Below are positions 19,030 to 28,958 of a DNA stretch of 64,000 nucleotides, in pieces. The stretch spans positions 1 through 64,000 of IMG/VR virus record IMGVR_UViG_3300032235_001020; one strand, given 5' to 3'. The translations under genes were made by a program, and so were the position numbers. This stretch comes from a virus. The notes beneath the pieces are model-generated. The model was not told the DNA's origin. It was given only the letters and a program-made list of their open reading frames with translations, and did no database searches. Every line of letters starts with the position of its first letter. Position 1 is the stretch's first letter.

Positions 19030-19450
19030 TCTCCAGCCAGTTGAGCGAGCGGGCCTGGATCTTGAGCTGCCCTTTGAGCCTGGGCGGGATTTCCTGCTCC
19101 ACGTCTCGGGCGGTGTAGCCGTTGATCCGCAGTAGGGCCCGCTCGCCTGTCAGCCATTCGCCGGTGTCGTCGGTGGGATCCCACCAGCGACTGACCGCAA
19201 AGGGTGTATCCGTGAGACGGCGGTAGTCCGGCAGAAGCTGGTGCAGGCTGTGGACGCGGCGGGCCAGGGCCTCGATCGTCACGAAGACGTCATGGTCCAT
19301 CGCTGGCCAGAGCAACGGGTCCTCTGGCAGCGCGTGCTTCCAGAGCAGCCAGCCGTCGAAGGCGATGGCACGGAGTGTGGTGAACCATTCGCCGCTGGGA
19401 GTCTGGAACTCGTCAGCCGGAGATTCGGAGCAGGGCAAATGGTATTTCAC
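18968..19450 (-). CDS. Hypothetical protein
   Basis: Contiguous with the upstream minus-strand operon. Confidence 0.6.
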   Translation of the reverse strand: MKYHLPCSESPADEFQTPSGEWFTTLRAIAFDGWLLWKHALPEDPLLWPAMDHDVFVTIEALARRVHSLHQLLPDYRRLTDTPFAVSRWWDPTDDTGEWLTGERALLRINGYTARDVEQEIPPRLKGQLKIQARSLNWLEISLPEGPHSSPLTPCSDENL

Positions 19451-19451
19451 G

Positions 19452-20072
19452 TCACCAGCGGAAGTCGTAGGGCTGCTTCATGGCCACTTGGTAGGCCTCG
19501 GTCCAGTCGTCCTCGCCGCTGTTTTCGTTGAAGACAACCCTGCCGATGGGCGAAAAGGCGACGTGAAACTTGCTGAGGCCGGAATGAAAGCCGTACGAGT
19601 CGTCCGCTGGCGGCAGGTACAGAACGGCTGACCAGTCAGACGGGGCGACGGTGCGGAACTTCTCGAGCTCGTCGTCCCAGTAGGAGGGCCGCAGGCGGCG
19701 GTAGGGGATACAGATCGGGAAGTCCCACAGCCAGGGCATGCGGATGATCGACTCGTTGTGGCCAATCCAGGCGATGGCATGGGAGATGCGGCCGGCCCGG
19801 TACTCGCGTAGCAGCTTGTTGAGCAGGCGGCGGGTGGCACCGGCGCCGACGGGAACGCCCACAAAGGCTCGCTTTTGACCAGGGGCATCCCAGTCGCAGG
19901 CCAGGACATCCTCGATGCTCTCGAGGTCACGATCGTGGATGCGCGAGGCCATGACCACCCGGTTGATGATCGGGGTGGAATAGGGATCGAAGTCGATCGC
20001 ACCGAGTACGGATCGTGCCGGCAGGATGATGTCCTGGGGTGGGGCAAGATCGAGGCGGCTGAATTCGCTCAT
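19452..20072 (-). CDS. Phage N6-adenine methyltransferase-like protein with a degenerate catalytic motif
   Basis: AR.VLG.ID.DP.S and DW motifs of the phage Dam-like family; FVGVPVG sits where NPPY is expected. Confidence 0.6.
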   Translation of the reverse strand: MSEFSRLDLAPPQDIILPARSVLGAIDFDPYSTPIINRVVMASRIHDRDLESIEDVLACDWDAPGQKRAFVGVPVGAGATRRLLNKLLREYRAGRISHAIAWIGHNESIIRMPWLWDFPICIPYRRLRPSYWDDELEKFRTVAPSDWSAVLYLPPADDSYGFHSGLSKFHVAFSPIGRVVFNENSGEDDWTEAYQVAMKQPYDFRW

Positions 20073-20115
20073 GACCTGGGCAGGGGCGCGGGCCGCTGCT
20101 GCATGGTGAGCGAGC

Positions 20116-20559
20116 TCAAGCGGCGAACTCCTCGAGTAGGGCCTGGACAGAGCGAGCCGGGTACTCGCGATCGATCGGGAACAGCTGGATGCTGCTGTTG
20201 TCCACCATTAGAACCAGACCCGCCTTCTCTGGATTGATGCGCTCGATCTCGTCGACCATGGCCTTCATGGAAGACTCGATGCCGCTGTCACCGGCAGCGC
20301 GGGCCTGCTCCTGGTCGGCGCGCAGGTCCGCTAGGGCGAGGTAACTGCTTTCGCCAGCACCCTTATGAAGGCGGACGCAGAGAGTGCCGGGTCCGTGGGA
20401 GGAGAAGCCTTTGTCGTAGAGGCGCAGCAGGTCAGCAAGGACAACCTCGCAGGCCAGCGTGTTGTAGGCAATGGACTGCTCCTTGTCGGACTTGCTGACC
20501 TTCTCCTTGATCTCGGGGAAGAAGCGCGACAGGAGCTCGATCTTGGAGGGGCGAGGCAT
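20116..20559 (-). CDS. Hypothetical protein
   Basis: In-operon ORF directly after thyX. Confidence 0.65.
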   Translation of the reverse strand: MPRPSKIELLSRFFPEIKEKVSKSDKEQSIAYNTLACEVVLADLLRLYDKGFSSHGPGTLCVRLHKGAGESSYLALADLRADQEQARAAGDSGIESSMKAMVDEIERINPEKAGLVLMVDNSSIQLFPIDREYPARSVQALLEEFAA

Positions 20560-20562
20560 GGG

Positions 20563-21276
20563 TCAGGGAGCGAGGAGTGCTTTGCCGCGGCGGTTTTCGG
20601 AATACCAGCCATAGATCTCCGGTACCCAGCGCTGCACTTGACCGGCGACAAGATCCATGAGGCACCGGATCTCGAATTGGGCGTCGCTCTTGAGGCGGAC
20701 ATCGAGCAGGTGTAGCCAGGCGCGCAGGTTGGCCGAGACGATGGCGTTCTGGAAGTAGTTGGTGATCAGCACACCACGGGCATGTTCCTCGGAGACGCCG
20801 CGCTCCCGGAGGCGGGCGTAGTCGATTGCTGAGGAAAGCGACATGGCCAGGGATTCTTCGACGTCGTCCTCAGTCCACTCGTAGGGATCGCCTTGCCGGT
20901 CGCGGTACTTACCAGGCGGGCGGACGTAGAAGACGTCTTCGATGGGGATTTCTCCGGCTGCAACCTTCTCGATGCGCTGCCCCGAGTACCGCATGGATTG
21001 CAGGTCGTAGGAGCAGCCGACGCGGTGCGTGCGCAGCTGCATCAAGGTGTTGTGATCGGCCTTGAGGGCCAGGGTCAGTTGCGGGTGCTCGAGTGGGCCC
21101 CAATGCCCCTTGCCGCCCTTGAGGAGACGCTCTACAGCGATCTTGCCGCAGGCGTCCTCAAGCAGGGCCGTCGAGGCGATGAAGTCCTCGGAGTAGTCGT
21201 TATGCAGCGCGATATAGACCAGTTGCTGCGGGCACTCCGTCGCAGCGACACGCTCGACCTTGAAAGCAGGCTGCAC
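20563..21276 (-). CDS. thyX: Flavin-dependent thymidylate synthase
   Basis: GHWGPLEH, QLRTHRVG.S...QS.RY (ThyX motif), EHAR..L, N.R...H.LD.R....AQ.EIR. Confidence 0.93.
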   Translation of the reverse strand: MQPAFKVERVAATECPQQLVYIALHNDYSEDFIASTALLEDACGKIAVERLLKGGKGHWGPLEHPQLTLALKADHNTLMQLRTHRVGCSYDLQSMRYSGQRIEKVAAGEIPIEDVFYVRPPGKYRDRQGDPYEWTEDDVEESLAMSLSSAIDYARLRERGVSEEHARGVLITNYFQNAIVSANLRAWLHLLDVRLKSDAQFEIRCLMDLVAGQVQRWVPEIYGWYSENRRGKALLAP

Positions 21277-21335
21277 GGGTGGAGGCCAGAGACTGCAGGC
21301 AGCCTAAGGACAGGTCTTGCAGAGCGCAACCCCTG

Positions 21336-22211
21336 TCAGGCCCGCTTTAGGTTGTCGCCCAGGAAGCCGAAGACGCCCCCCTCGCGAATCTTGCGTTCAT
21401 TCTTTTTCCCAAAGATCTCGTCGTATTCGGGAATTCTGAGATCAAGTGGCAGGTTGGCGATTGCGTTCTGGGCGGCGTAACCGATCTCGTGGGCTGTCAG
21501 GGACGCATTGGCCTGGAGCTGCGGGATAGCGAGGTCGTTGTACGCCTGAACGCCAGCATTGCCCGCTCGATTGATCTCTGTGTAAAGATCGGAGCCAGTC
21601 TTCGAGAGATCGGCGACCACGCGCCCCGCAAAGGATCCGCCATTGGCGCTCTCTTGCTGGTACTGATTAGCGCGGTCGTAGGCCTCCCGGGCCTTGGTGA
21701 GGCCAGGGCTGGGCTGTGTGCTGGCCGGGGCAACCTGCTGGGCTGGTGCAGCGGCACTGCCTGACTGGGGCTTCTGCTGGACCATCCAGCTGGGCACAAT
21801 AGTCCTGTCGACCTCGCGGTTGAGCACACCGTCTGTGTAGCGCGTGAAGTCACTGCCCTCGGTTGCCGGACCCACCTCGGTCGCGCCCATGTAGACATCG
21901 CCCCGGCCAAGCTTGGCGCCTTGTAGGCCAGCGATATCAGCCTTGGTGCCACGCCCGTATTTCTTGTCGAGGTCCTCGCCAGCATCCGCAAACGCGCCAA
22001 AGGCGCCCATGGAGCCGTACTTGCCGGTGGGGTACTTGCCCTCGTTGTAATTATTGACGACGTTGGCGCTCAGCCCGCGGTCCTTGGCGAGCTGCCTGGC
22101 AAGGATCTTCGTGACATCAGGATGCTTCTGGCCGCGCTCCTCTTGCCGGCGAATTGCTCGCTGAACAAACTTGTCCCCAACAACAGGTCGGTTGGGGCGT
22201 GCGAAAGACAT
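21336..22211 (-). CDS. Hypothetical protein, possibly virion-internal
   Basis: 291-aa Gly/Ala-rich ORF. Confidence 0.6.
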   Translation of the reverse strand: MSFARPNRPVVGDKFVQRAIRRQEERGQKHPDVTKILARQLAKDRGLSANVVNNYNEGKYPTGKYGSMGAFGAFADAGEDLDKKYGRGTKADIAGLQGAKLGRGDVYMGATEVGPATEGSDFTRYTDGVLNREVDRTIVPSWMVQQKPQSGSAAAPAQQVAPASTQPSPGLTKAREAYDRANQYQQESANGGSFAGRVVADLSKTGSDLYTEINRAGNAGVQAYNDLAIPQLQANASLTAHEIGYAAQNAIANLPLDLRIPEYDEIFGKKNERKIREGGVFGFLGDNLKRA

Positions 22212-22259
22212 ATCGAGCGGCGATCACGATACCTCTCATGATAAAGAGCTCGTGATGCT

Positions 22260-22970
22260 CTAGTCTTCCTCGTCGAAATCAGGGTCGTCGTCAGCGTCGT
22301 CAGTCATCAGGGCGGCGATCTCCTCGGCGGTGACTGGTCCGTCTTGCCGCATGCGGAACTCGATCCAGAGCTGATTTGCCGCCTCCAGTTTCAAGAAGCG
22401 CTTGGGGTCACGCTCCTGTGTGGTCTTGAGGAAGAGTGAGGTTTCGTGATTGAGCTTGTGGGTGCTGAACTCAAGATCGATCGATTGCAGCCGGCGGTTG
22501 TGGTAGTAGTGCGGCACCCCCTGAACTCGCAGGTGCAGGGGATTGCAGCAGCTGTTGTCTCCGCACAGGTGCTTGATCGGTAGTCGTCCCACGTCTCCCC
22601 AGCTGAACCAAGCGGCCACGCGCGGCGCGGCGAACTGATGACTGCGGTGCCAGTGGCGTGGAACGCGAAAGATGGTGGAGTTCGAGCGGCTGTGCATGGC
22701 ACCCCGCCAGGGCCAGCAGTCGTCGGGATCGTTGATCTCCACGAAGGACCAGAACTCCAGGAAGCGGCGTCTGTGCTTGCGGTGAATCTTGTGGACGTCG
22801 AGGGTGAGGCGCCCTTCGGTCAGCGACGAGATGCAGCGCACGCAAGCATGGCTGTCGATATAGCGGGGGACACGGCCGTCCTTACTGCCGATGCTGTGCT
22901 CATGGAAGAAGCACAGCGGACCACCAATGATTTCCGAGTGGAGATCAGGCGGGATCGGCCAGCGCGCCAT
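22260..22970 (-). CDS. HNH (HNH_3-like) endonuclease domain protein
   Basis: FWS.V.....DDCW.W.G, A.RVA, H.CG...CCNP.HL. Confidence 0.8.
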   Translation of the reverse strand: MARWPIPPDLHSEIIGGPLCFFHEHSIGSKDGRVPRYIDSHACVRCISSLTEGRLTLDVHKIHRKHRRRFLEFWSFVEINDPDDCWPWRGAMHSRSNSTIFRVPRHWHRSHQFAAPRVAAWFSWGDVGRLPIKHLCGDNSCCNPLHLRVQGVPHYYHNRRLQSIDLEFSTHKLNHETSLFLKTTQERDPKRFLKLEAANQLWIEFRMRQDGPVTAEEIAALMTDDADDDPDFDEED

Positions 22971-22997
22971 GGGAGAGCATCTATTGCATTGAATGTA

Positions 22998-23264
22998 TCA
23001 ATCAGCAACCTTCTCGATGCGCGAGCTCGCGTGCACGGACGGCGTATTGAGATGGTCCCATTGAACGTGGATGTACTTGCAGGCGCTGCCGCGAATGCTC
23101 TTCTTGATCTCCACGCCGACGACGATGCCGTAGCGGCGGTGGCCAAGGATGCCGCGCACCTGCTGGAAGCTGGGCGAGTTGGGCGTGACGACATGATCCG
23201 CGACGCGCTCCCGTTCGCGAACGCGGTCACCGACAGACAGCAGGGGTGCTTTGGGTTTGCTCAT
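22998..23264 (-). CDS. Small KOW/SH3-like protein
   Basis: VGDRV...G.VV...V.WD pattern. Confidence 0.55.
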   Translation of the reverse strand: MSKPKAPLLSVGDRVRERERVADHVVTPNSPSFQQVRGILGHRRYGIVVGVEIKKSIRGSACKYIHVQWDHLNTPSVHASSRIEKVAD

Positions 23265-23545
23265 TGGATGCGGAGTGGGTATCCAGCAGCGGCTTGAAAG
23301 CGGCCACCGAGTGCGGGGAACTGTTCCTTGGTGGGGCGAACGTCAATCCAGTGCTCTGGCCAGAGCTCGTTGCGGGTGCTGCCCTCGATGACGACCGGCA
23401 CCAGGGAGAAGCGGGTGCCGATGGCCTCGGACTTGCCGATGACGAGCCCGGCCCGACCATCGAGGCGGTTGAGGATCCGCAAGCCAACCAGAAAGGACTT
23501 CATCGTGAGTGAGCTGCGCGCCATGTCTTGCACTGTGCGCGCCAA
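23261..23545 (-). CDS. Hypothetical protein
   Basis: ATGA overlap with the neighbouring gene. Confidence 0.55.
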   Translation of the reverse strand: MARTVQDMARSSLTMKSFLVGLRILNRLDGRAGLVIGKSEAIGTRFSLVPVVIEGSTRNELWPEHWIDVRPTKEQFPALGGRFQAAAGYPLRIQ

Positions 23546-23557
23546 GGGTAGAGGGTT

Positions 23558-24097
23558 TTAGCCCACCGTCAACGGGTCGAACAGCTCGTCGGCGTATCCC
23601 TCAAGGGCTGGCTCGATCGGACCGCTCATCGGGATCGACGACACGGCGACGCCGGCCTCGATGAACATGAGCTTGGCGGTCTCGAACGACTCTTGCCAGC
23701 GCAGGGGCATGACGAAGTTCGGGATGACGACCTTGTTGAAGCCCGCCTGGATGAGTTGGGCGGCGCACTGACTGCAAGTCATCAGCGGCCAGACGTAACA
23801 GGTGGCACCGTTGAGGCAAACGCCGTGCCGGGCGGCGTAGCAGATGAGGTTGGCCTCGGCATGCACCGTCATCTGCAGGCGCAGTTCACGATTACTTAGG
23901 CGGCTGATGTCGTCATTGACGTGCATCGGGATGCCGTTGTAGCCGGAGGCGAGGATGCGCCGTTCCCGCACGGCCACTGCTCCGACCTTGGTGCTGGGGT
24001 CTTTGCTCCAGCCAGCGATATTGCGGGCAATCGAAAGGAAGCGTTGGTCCCAGTGCTCAGGCGCCTTGGGCGGACGCATCTCAGGCGGGTTGGACAT
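23558..24097 (-). CDS. dCMP deaminase (ComEB/T4 cd-like)
   Basis: SKDPSTKVGA, SGYNG.P, HAEAN and C..C zinc motifs. Confidence 0.93.
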   Translation of the reverse strand: MSNPPEMRPPKAPEHWDQRFLSIARNIAGWSKDPSTKVGAVAVRERRILASGYNGIPMHVNDDISRLSNRELRLQMTVHAEANLICYAARHGVCLNGATCYVWPLMTCSQCAAQLIQAGFNKVVIPNFVMPLRWQESFETAKLMFIEAGVAVSSIPMSGPIEPALEGYADELFDPLTVG

Positions 24098-24156
24098 GAT
24101 GACTCAGTTAGCGAAGTTTTTTAGGATGTTGCGAGTAAGCACAGGCGCTGCCGCCA

Positions 24157-24363
24157 ATGATTGAAGTTGGTGCCGTCATTGGCGTTGCGGCAGTTGGTGC
24201 CCTGTGGCGGATGGCCTTTGAGCAAGGCTCCATGAAGCGCGGCATGGATGGAATCCTGCATGAATTGCAGATGTTGCGCAGTGAACTGAGCAAAGACATC
24301 CACGAGCTGGAGATCCGTATTGGCGACCACGAACTCAGGCTGCGCGAACTAGAGAAGCGCTAA
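24157..24363 (+). CDS. Small TM + coiled-coil protein (holin/XhlA-like)
   Basis: One TM helix, C-terminal DHE.RLR.LE; TAGGAT upstream at 24122. Confidence 0.5.
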   Translation: MIEVGAVIGVAAVGALWRMAFEQGSMKRGMDGILHELQMLRSELSKDIHELEIRIGDHELRLRELEKR

Positions 24364-24514
24364 CCGAGTACGAACCAAATCACCAGGGTGATCAATAGAG
24401 CAAGACCGCATCCCTGGGCGAGTAGTTGCAGCACCAGGCCGGCGAGCTGGTGAGGCTTGGGCGGCTGGTGCATAGGGCCTGGGCCTGGGATGGCTGCTCC
24501 GGCGGGAGTCATGG

Positions 24515-24808
24515 CTAGCCGGCGGCGACGTCTGCGCCAGAGCCGACCTCGACGTCATCGACGATGGCGGGGCGCCAGCCGGCGGACCAGAGCTTCCGGG
24601 CTCGGCGGTAGAGCTGATCGGTATCCATGTGCCAATTGGATAGGGACCGGGCCAGGTCGTGCTGGATGTCCCTGGCGCCTGGGTAGCCGAGATAGCGCAT
24701 CAGGAGCCGAGCGCAGTCCGCGATGTCGGCGTCGGTGGGCTGTGCGGCAGCCAGAAGGCGGTCAACGATGGGCCGATCCTGGTCCTGCATGGGGTGCTTG
24801 CGGTCCAT
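24515..24808 (-). CDS. DUF3288 family protein (cyanobacterial)
   Basis: HP...QDR.IVD.LL, ARL.MRY.G.PGARDIQ.DL...L..W. Confidence 0.8.
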   Translation of the reverse strand: MDRKHPMQDQDRPIVDRLLAAAQPTDADIADCARLLMRYLGYPGARDIQHDLARSLSNWHMDTDQLYRRARKLWSAGWRPAIVDDVEVGSGADVAAG

Positions 24809-24849
24809 GCCTGCATGCTGTGGCGTGCAGATCGTAGTCCAGGACAGGG

Positions 24850-25300
24850 TTTTTGGGGCGTCTTGCGTGCTGTGTCGGTCGTACCGGCGGAATTTGGGGG
24901 ATCGGCAAAGAGACCGGAACGCTCAGATCGGTTGCAGCGGAATGGATTTGGAGGGCTGTTCCGATAGTACCAGTCTTTTTGCTTCTCTTTTATATAGATA
25001 GGGGGCGACCTCTGGGTTCTTTCTGGGGAACCAAACCCTTCAAATTGTCCAGTACGCAAAGTGTAGCGAACTCAGAAGTGGGATGCCAACACAGGAGGGA
25101 GGGGGACAGGCGTGACCTGGCAGCTCCTGGTCCCAGAGAATATAGGGAAGTGGCGTCACTACCGGCACAACTGGTAAATCGATTCTCCTGCAGGCGATCT
25201 CGGTGTGACGCACCCCCTGGCAAGGTGCCAAATATCCAAGACCTGCCTATCTCAGTATGGGACGCCAAGCAGTGACTAATAAGTGGAACCGGCAGGAAGA
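24850..25300. other. Putative replication origin
   Basis: Non-coding gap right after the primase gene and its terminator; AT-rich TCTCTTTTATATAGATAG at ~24984-25001 and a long imperfect hairpin at 24905-24982. Confidence 0.5.
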
Positions 25301-25303
25301 CAC

Positions 25304-25332
25304 AAAAAAGCCGCCCCGTAACAAGAGCGGCT
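25304..25332 (-). terminator. Intrinsic terminator after primase
   Basis: AGCCGCTC-ttgttac-GGGGCGGCT-TTTTT on the minus strand. Confidence 0.8.
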
Positions 25333-25357
25333 AATCAATGAGGACTCAGGAGGCTGG

Positions 25358-27850
25358 TTAGGCGGCGATGCCCTCGTCGGCCTTCATCCAAATGCGCCGT
25401 GCCTCGCGCCCAATCCTCACGCGCTTCTGCTGGTAGCCAAGGCTCTTGAGGGTGTCGGTCATGGCAGTCCGCACGCTGTTGTGGCGATCGATCGGGATCT
25501 CGAGCCACTCGTACAGGTCGCTGAGGACCACGAAGCTGCGGCCCTGGTGGACGCCCGAATGGCGCAGGCTCAGTGCTGTGCGGATCCTGGTGTCGAACGG
25601 GTTGTCGACGCGGAAGTTCTCCTGGTACTCCTGGATCTGCTTGAGCTCGTCGCTACTGAAGTTGTGAACGGGGTTGTCCTGGTAGGCCATGTAGGCCGCC
25701 GCCCAGATCCCATCACGGTCTTGCTTGAGACGATCCAGATCGATGATCAGGGTTTTGGGATCATCCGGACTGGGCACCTTGCCGGCAACGACGATCGGCA
25801 TGAAGCGCCTGTTGCCGGTGGGGTCGACGAAGAAGTCATCGCTGTTGGTGGCCCCGCAGAGCACGAAGGCCCGCATGAAGTTGCGCTCGTTCTCGTACTT
25901 GCGGGCAGAGCGATCCACCGGCACCGAGACCAGGTTCTTGAGCTCCTCGACGTAGCCCCGCTGGAAGTAGCGCTCGGTCTCGTCCAGGACGACAAACCAG
26001 CCGGCATGAAGCAGGTGAGGTTTTTCCTTGAGGCCGCGGATGCCCTGCTGGATCGTGGCGACCCAGGGGTAGACGCCTGGATCCGAGGGCGAAGGAGGCG
26101 TGATGTACTGGAAGAAGTTGGTCTTGCCGCAGTTCTGCGAGCCAATCAGGATCGGCATCCAGTCATGAGCGCAGCCGGGTGAGAGCACACGGGCGACAGC
26201 GCCCACCAGGAAGCGCTCGAGCACCACGTCCGCCAGCAGGCGTCCCTTCTCAGGGCCACGGGTGAAACATGGGTTCAGCAGGGGATCCGCCTTAAGACCC
26301 AGCAGCTCGCTGGCCAGGGTCTTGAAGTAGGGGCAGGGTTCTGCTGTGCCGGCGCAGTGGGTGAGGTAAGCCTGCACGGGATGGACGCGGTTCTCCCAGG
26401 CCGTGATGCCTGCGATGTCGATCACCGTGGTCTTGGGGTAGACCGTGCCGGTGCCGAGGCTGATGCGGCAGTAGGCGGTGGTGATGTCGTCGACGAGGCG
26501 GGGGGAATCGAGAGGGCCGTACTCGAGCTCCTGATTCATCATGTTGCGCCGCAAGCCCGGATAGAGGGCGTTGAGGCGGTCGCGGATGACGCGAACGGTG
26601 TCTTCTGGGACGTTGCCATCCCCCCTGCGGCGAGGAACGTCGGGGATAGGGCGATCGGGGCGACGGTCTTCGGGTGGGACGTGGCCGTCATCGATGAACT
26701 GGAAGCCGGGATCGTTGTCGTCGTCAAAGGGGTCCTCGTCATCATCTGGATCTGAGGATTCGAGCGGCTCGGGTGGCGCAAGGGTTGGAGCTGCGATGGC
26801 TGCCCAGGGGCGCTCGGCATCAAAGAGCCCAGGGGTGCTGTCGGCTGATTGCGGAGCGGGATTGCTGAGGCCCGTATCCCAGGAGTAGGGGGAGTCCTGG
26901 CCGCCATGGAGGAAGTCCTCGTGGTCGTAGCCGACTGCGCCGTGGTTCTTAGGTGGAGCAAACGCACTCTGACGGAGCTCGTCCGGCAAGGTCTTGGTCC
27001 AGCTGGGGTCTTCCTGCATGGCCAGGTAGAAGAGGGTCAGCAGGCTGGAGCGGGTGTTGCGGAAGGAATAGAAGAAGCGCTCGGTGCCCTGCTTACTGCG
27101 GTAGCCACTGGTGTGATGGCAGCGAGAAGCCCAGTTCTGCCAGGCCGGGAACACTGCCTCTCCGCCGGAGCAGGCCGCAGCGGTCACCTTGATGAAGCGA
27201 TCACGCTCGCCGTCTTCCGTGGGGGTGAGCACCTGCTCCAGGACATGGCAGGCCTGGCCGATGGTCTGATCGTCGTAGAGGGAGGCGTCTAGGCGGTGGC
27301 GAGCAGAGGCGACTTCTGCCTGGGTCCTGGCGTCCTGGATGATCGAGTCCGGCAGCAGGGCATCGGGCTGCCAGAGCGGGACCTGGGCGTTGTCAGCGCC
27401 ATAGAACAGGCGGCAGGGATCAGTGCAGGATTTGTCGCCGCCCAGGGCTGTAGTCAAGATGGTGACGACGGCCTTGTAGAGGTCTGGATCCTCCATGCGC
27501 TTGGGCAGGCGGAAGATGACCCGGTAGCGAGGGGCGTCGTCGCGGTGGCTGTGGGTGGTGTAAACGAAGCAGGCATGGGTTGCCAGGGGGTGGGCGCGGA
27601 AGGCGTCGAGGTCGAGGCCGTTGTCGACATCCACAACAGCTAGATCAGCGTGGCGGAATGCAGCAGAACTGCGGTGCTGTGAGCTCATCGCTGCCGAGAT
27701 GAACGCACCTCCGGTAGTGACGTGATCACGCAGCTCCTGGAGGGAGCCCTCGCGGGACTGCCAGTTGGCGGCGAAGTCGTTCTGCCAATGGACAGGTTTG
27801 TTGCGGATCGAGGGGTGAACAGAGAAGCAGATGGGTGAGGCGGATGACAT
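25358..27850 (-). CDS. Primase-helicase: AEP-like N-terminus, PriCT-2-like region, VirE/VapE P-loop ATPase
   Basis: VVDVD, YTT.SH, RYRVIF.L, D.SC.D..RLFYG; Walker A G.QNCGKT, Walker B VVLDE, ATN...F..D.TGNRRF. Confidence 0.9.
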   Translation of the reverse strand: MSSASPICFSVHPSIRNKPVHWQNDFAANWQSREGSLQELRDHVTTGGAFISAAMSSQHRSSAAFRHADLAVVDVDNGLDLDAFRAHPLATHACFVYTTHSHRDDAPRYRVIFRLPKRMEDPDLYKAVVTILTTALGGDKSCTDPCRLFYGADNAQVPLWQPDALLPDSIIQDARTQAEVASARHRLDASLYDDQTIGQACHVLEQVLTPTEDGERDRFIKVTAAACSGGEAVFPAWQNWASRCHHTSGYRSKQGTERFFYSFRNTRSSLLTLFYLAMQEDPSWTKTLPDELRQSAFAPPKNHGAVGYDHEDFLHGGQDSPYSWDTGLSNPAPQSADSTPGLFDAERPWAAIAAPTLAPPEPLESSDPDDDEDPFDDDNDPGFQFIDDGHVPPEDRRPDRPIPDVPRRRGDGNVPEDTVRVIRDRLNALYPGLRRNMMNQELEYGPLDSPRLVDDITTAYCRISLGTGTVYPKTTVIDIAGITAWENRVHPVQAYLTHCAGTAEPCPYFKTLASELLGLKADPLLNPCFTRGPEKGRLLADVVLERFLVGAVARVLSPGCAHDWMPILIGSQNCGKTNFFQYITPPSPSDPGVYPWVATIQQGIRGLKEKPHLLHAGWFVVLDETERYFQRGYVEELKNLVSVPVDRSARKYENERNFMRAFVLCGATNSDDFFVDPTGNRRFMPIVVAGKVPSPDDPKTLIIDLDRLKQDRDGIWAAAYMAYQDNPVHNFSSDELKQIQEYQENFRVDNPFDTRIRTALSLRHSGVHQGRSFVVLSDLYEWLEIPIDRHNSVRTAMTDTLKSLGYQQKRVRIGREARRIWMKADEGIAA

Positions 27851-28067
27851 GCGGATGCTCTGCAGGCGTGCGGTGTGACTGCAGTGGCGCGCACCCTAGC
27901 GCTGCACGCAAGCCTTGTCACGCAGGTACCAAGCGCCGGTATGCAGGGTGTGTGCCGGACTAAATCCCTTGGTATGACTGGCGTTGTACCGTAAGCGTGA
28001 CGAACTTGACCAGGGTGCGGCACAGCTTGCGTCGCATGTGTATGGTGCAGAAACAACGGGAGAAGTT

Positions 28068-28697
28068 ATGGCCAAAGTCGTCCCGCACACGCCGATCGAG
28101 AAACAGCAAATCGAGCGCTTCATTAGCTGCCTGAACCAGGCGATGGTGGCCGGCCACCTCAGCCAGCGGGGGCTGTGCTCGAAAATCGAGGTGACAATCG
28201 GCTCACTGACCAAGTACCTGCGGGGCGATATAGCCCCGTTACGCGTGGGCCTCGGTATCCAGGCGCTCCTGGCCCAGGAGCTGGGTGTGACGCTGGATGC
28301 CCTCTACGCCTACTACCAGACGGGTAAGTACGTCACGGAGATCAGCGTGGGGCAGGTGGAGAGCTGGATCCGCAGTGAGGCCGGTCAGCTGGACCTGCCT
28401 CGTTTGCTGGCATCGTTGAAGGATGCCGGCGAGCGCTGGGTGGACGAGCCGGTGCCGGCACAGGAGGCGCCAGAGCCAGTAAGTCCACCGCTCTATACCT
28501 GGCCGATCGAGGAGCTCAAGGATGCGGGCGTGAGCGATCTGTTCCGCGAGCGGCTGGGCCTAACGGATGAGGCACTGAGGCTGCTGGCGACCACGGGCGA
28601 ATTCGAGGAGGAGCTGGCCGAGGCCTTTGGGATCGCATGCAACTACCAGAAGGCGGCAGTGATCGAGGCCTTTACAAACCGGGCTGCGATCGGGTGA
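28068..28697 (+). CDS. XRE-like HTH transcriptional regulator (candidate repressor)
   Basis: LSQRGLC..I.VT.GSL.KYLRG...P and LA.ELGVTLD.L; divergent from the primase; extended -10 TGTGTATGGT upstream. Confidence 0.7.
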   Translation: MAKVVPHTPIEKQQIERFISCLNQAMVAGHLSQRGLCSKIEVTIGSLTKYLRGDIAPLRVGLGIQALLAQELGVTLDALYAYYQTGKYVTEISVGQVESWIRSEAGQLDLPRLLASLKDAGERWVDEPVPAQEAPEPVSPPLYTWPIEELKDAGVSDLFRERLGLTDEALRLLATTGEFEEELAEAFGIACNYQKAAVIEAFTNRAAIG

Positions 28698-28736
28698 GCT
28701 GAATGCGTGGTATGGTTTGCTTGCGAAAGATCAAGT

Positions 28737-28767
28737 GCGGGTCCTGTGGTGGGGCCCGCCTTTTTTA
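28737..28767 (+). terminator. Intrinsic terminator
   Basis: GCGGGTCC-tgtggtg-GGGCCCGC followed by CTTTTTT. Confidence 0.8.
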
Positions 28768-28958
28768 TGGGGTTTATGGGAGAGCGATAATTATTCTCAG
28801 CACTGGCATGGCAATGAGACCCCGGGCTTGGTGACCTCGGGATCTCACGAGCACACACGGTGCCCAGGTGGCAGCCAATGCACAAGCTGTTGTGCGCTGC
28901 TGCTAGAGAAATGCTAACGAGAAGATCTTTAGACTACGAGTAATGCATCGGTAGCGCA

